From NCBI GenBank assembly GCA_010909165.1, contig MU008170.1:310001-374000 (forward strand): a DNA stretch of 64,000 nucleotides, written 5' to 3'. Positions 63,761-64,000 of the stretch are shown one piece after another (positions within the stretch are counted from its first letter, which is position 1; every line of letters begins with the position of its first letter). The notes under the pieces are model-generated. The model searched no databases. It was given only the letters and a program-made list of their open reading frames with translations, and had not been told where the DNA came from. This DNA comes from Anthoceros angustus (Eukaryota > Plantae > Anthocerotophyta). A program made the position numbers and the translations under genes.

Positions 63761-64000
63761 TGGACGAGGAGGCGGAAAGCGATTATGAGTGGGACAGTGA
63801 TGGTGGTAGTGATGACTGGGAAACCGATGAGGAGACTAGTGAACGTTGGGGAAAATTTCCCTTCCTCAAAGATGCGAAGAACGTGGAGTTCCCTGTTTCC
63901 AACGAGGAGTTTCCTCTGGCCTGGCTAGTTAGAAGGATTGAGGTCAGAAAGCCAAAGGTGCGCAACAAGTTTGATCCGCATTTCATGCTTTACTTGGTTG
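63760..64000 (+). CDS. N-terminal part of another paralogue of the 37133-38502 F-box gene (runs off the window)
   Basis: KDAKNVEFPVS..AWL..RNKFDPHFMLYL aligns with KDAENVEVPVS..SWL..YNEHDPHLMLYL in ORF 38059-38502. Confidence 0.6.
   Translation, partial: MDEEAESDYEWDSDGGSDDWETDEETSERWGKFPFLKDAKNVEFPVSNEEFPLAWLVRRIEVRKPKVRNKFDPHFMLYLV

Overview
Eukaryotic nuclear DNA from a land plant. Compact genes with short (~70-110 nt) GT-AG introns suggest a non-seed plant such as a hornwort or Selaginella, but this is inference only. The window has two parts. (1) About 2-24 kb is a clean, gene-dense block: diacylglycerol kinase (DGK5-like), a secreted acid/TAG lipase, F-box/kelch SKIP30, a plastid pseudokinase, a MATE transporter, LPAT2, the DUF1118 thylakoid protein RIQ1, an intronless KDO-8-P synthase (kdsA) and a DUF760 protein. 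(2) About 24-64 kb is repeat-rich and full of small indels, probably partly unpolished long-read consensus. It contains a full-length 6.4-kb Ty1/copia element, a Sola2-type DNA transposase, LINE and other TE remnants, several 0.7-2 kb tandem duplications, mini/microsatellites and a birth-and-death cluster of divergent F-box genes. The most notable item is the copia element at 27372-33785. All four LTR ends read AGTTAGAA...TTCTAACT (AG..CT instead of TG..CA), supported by a 5-bp TSD, PBS and PPT. It also carries an extra, unrecognised, membrane-anchored-looking ORF between the PBS and gag. Exon boundaries were read by eye, and coordinates in the TE-rich half are approximate.
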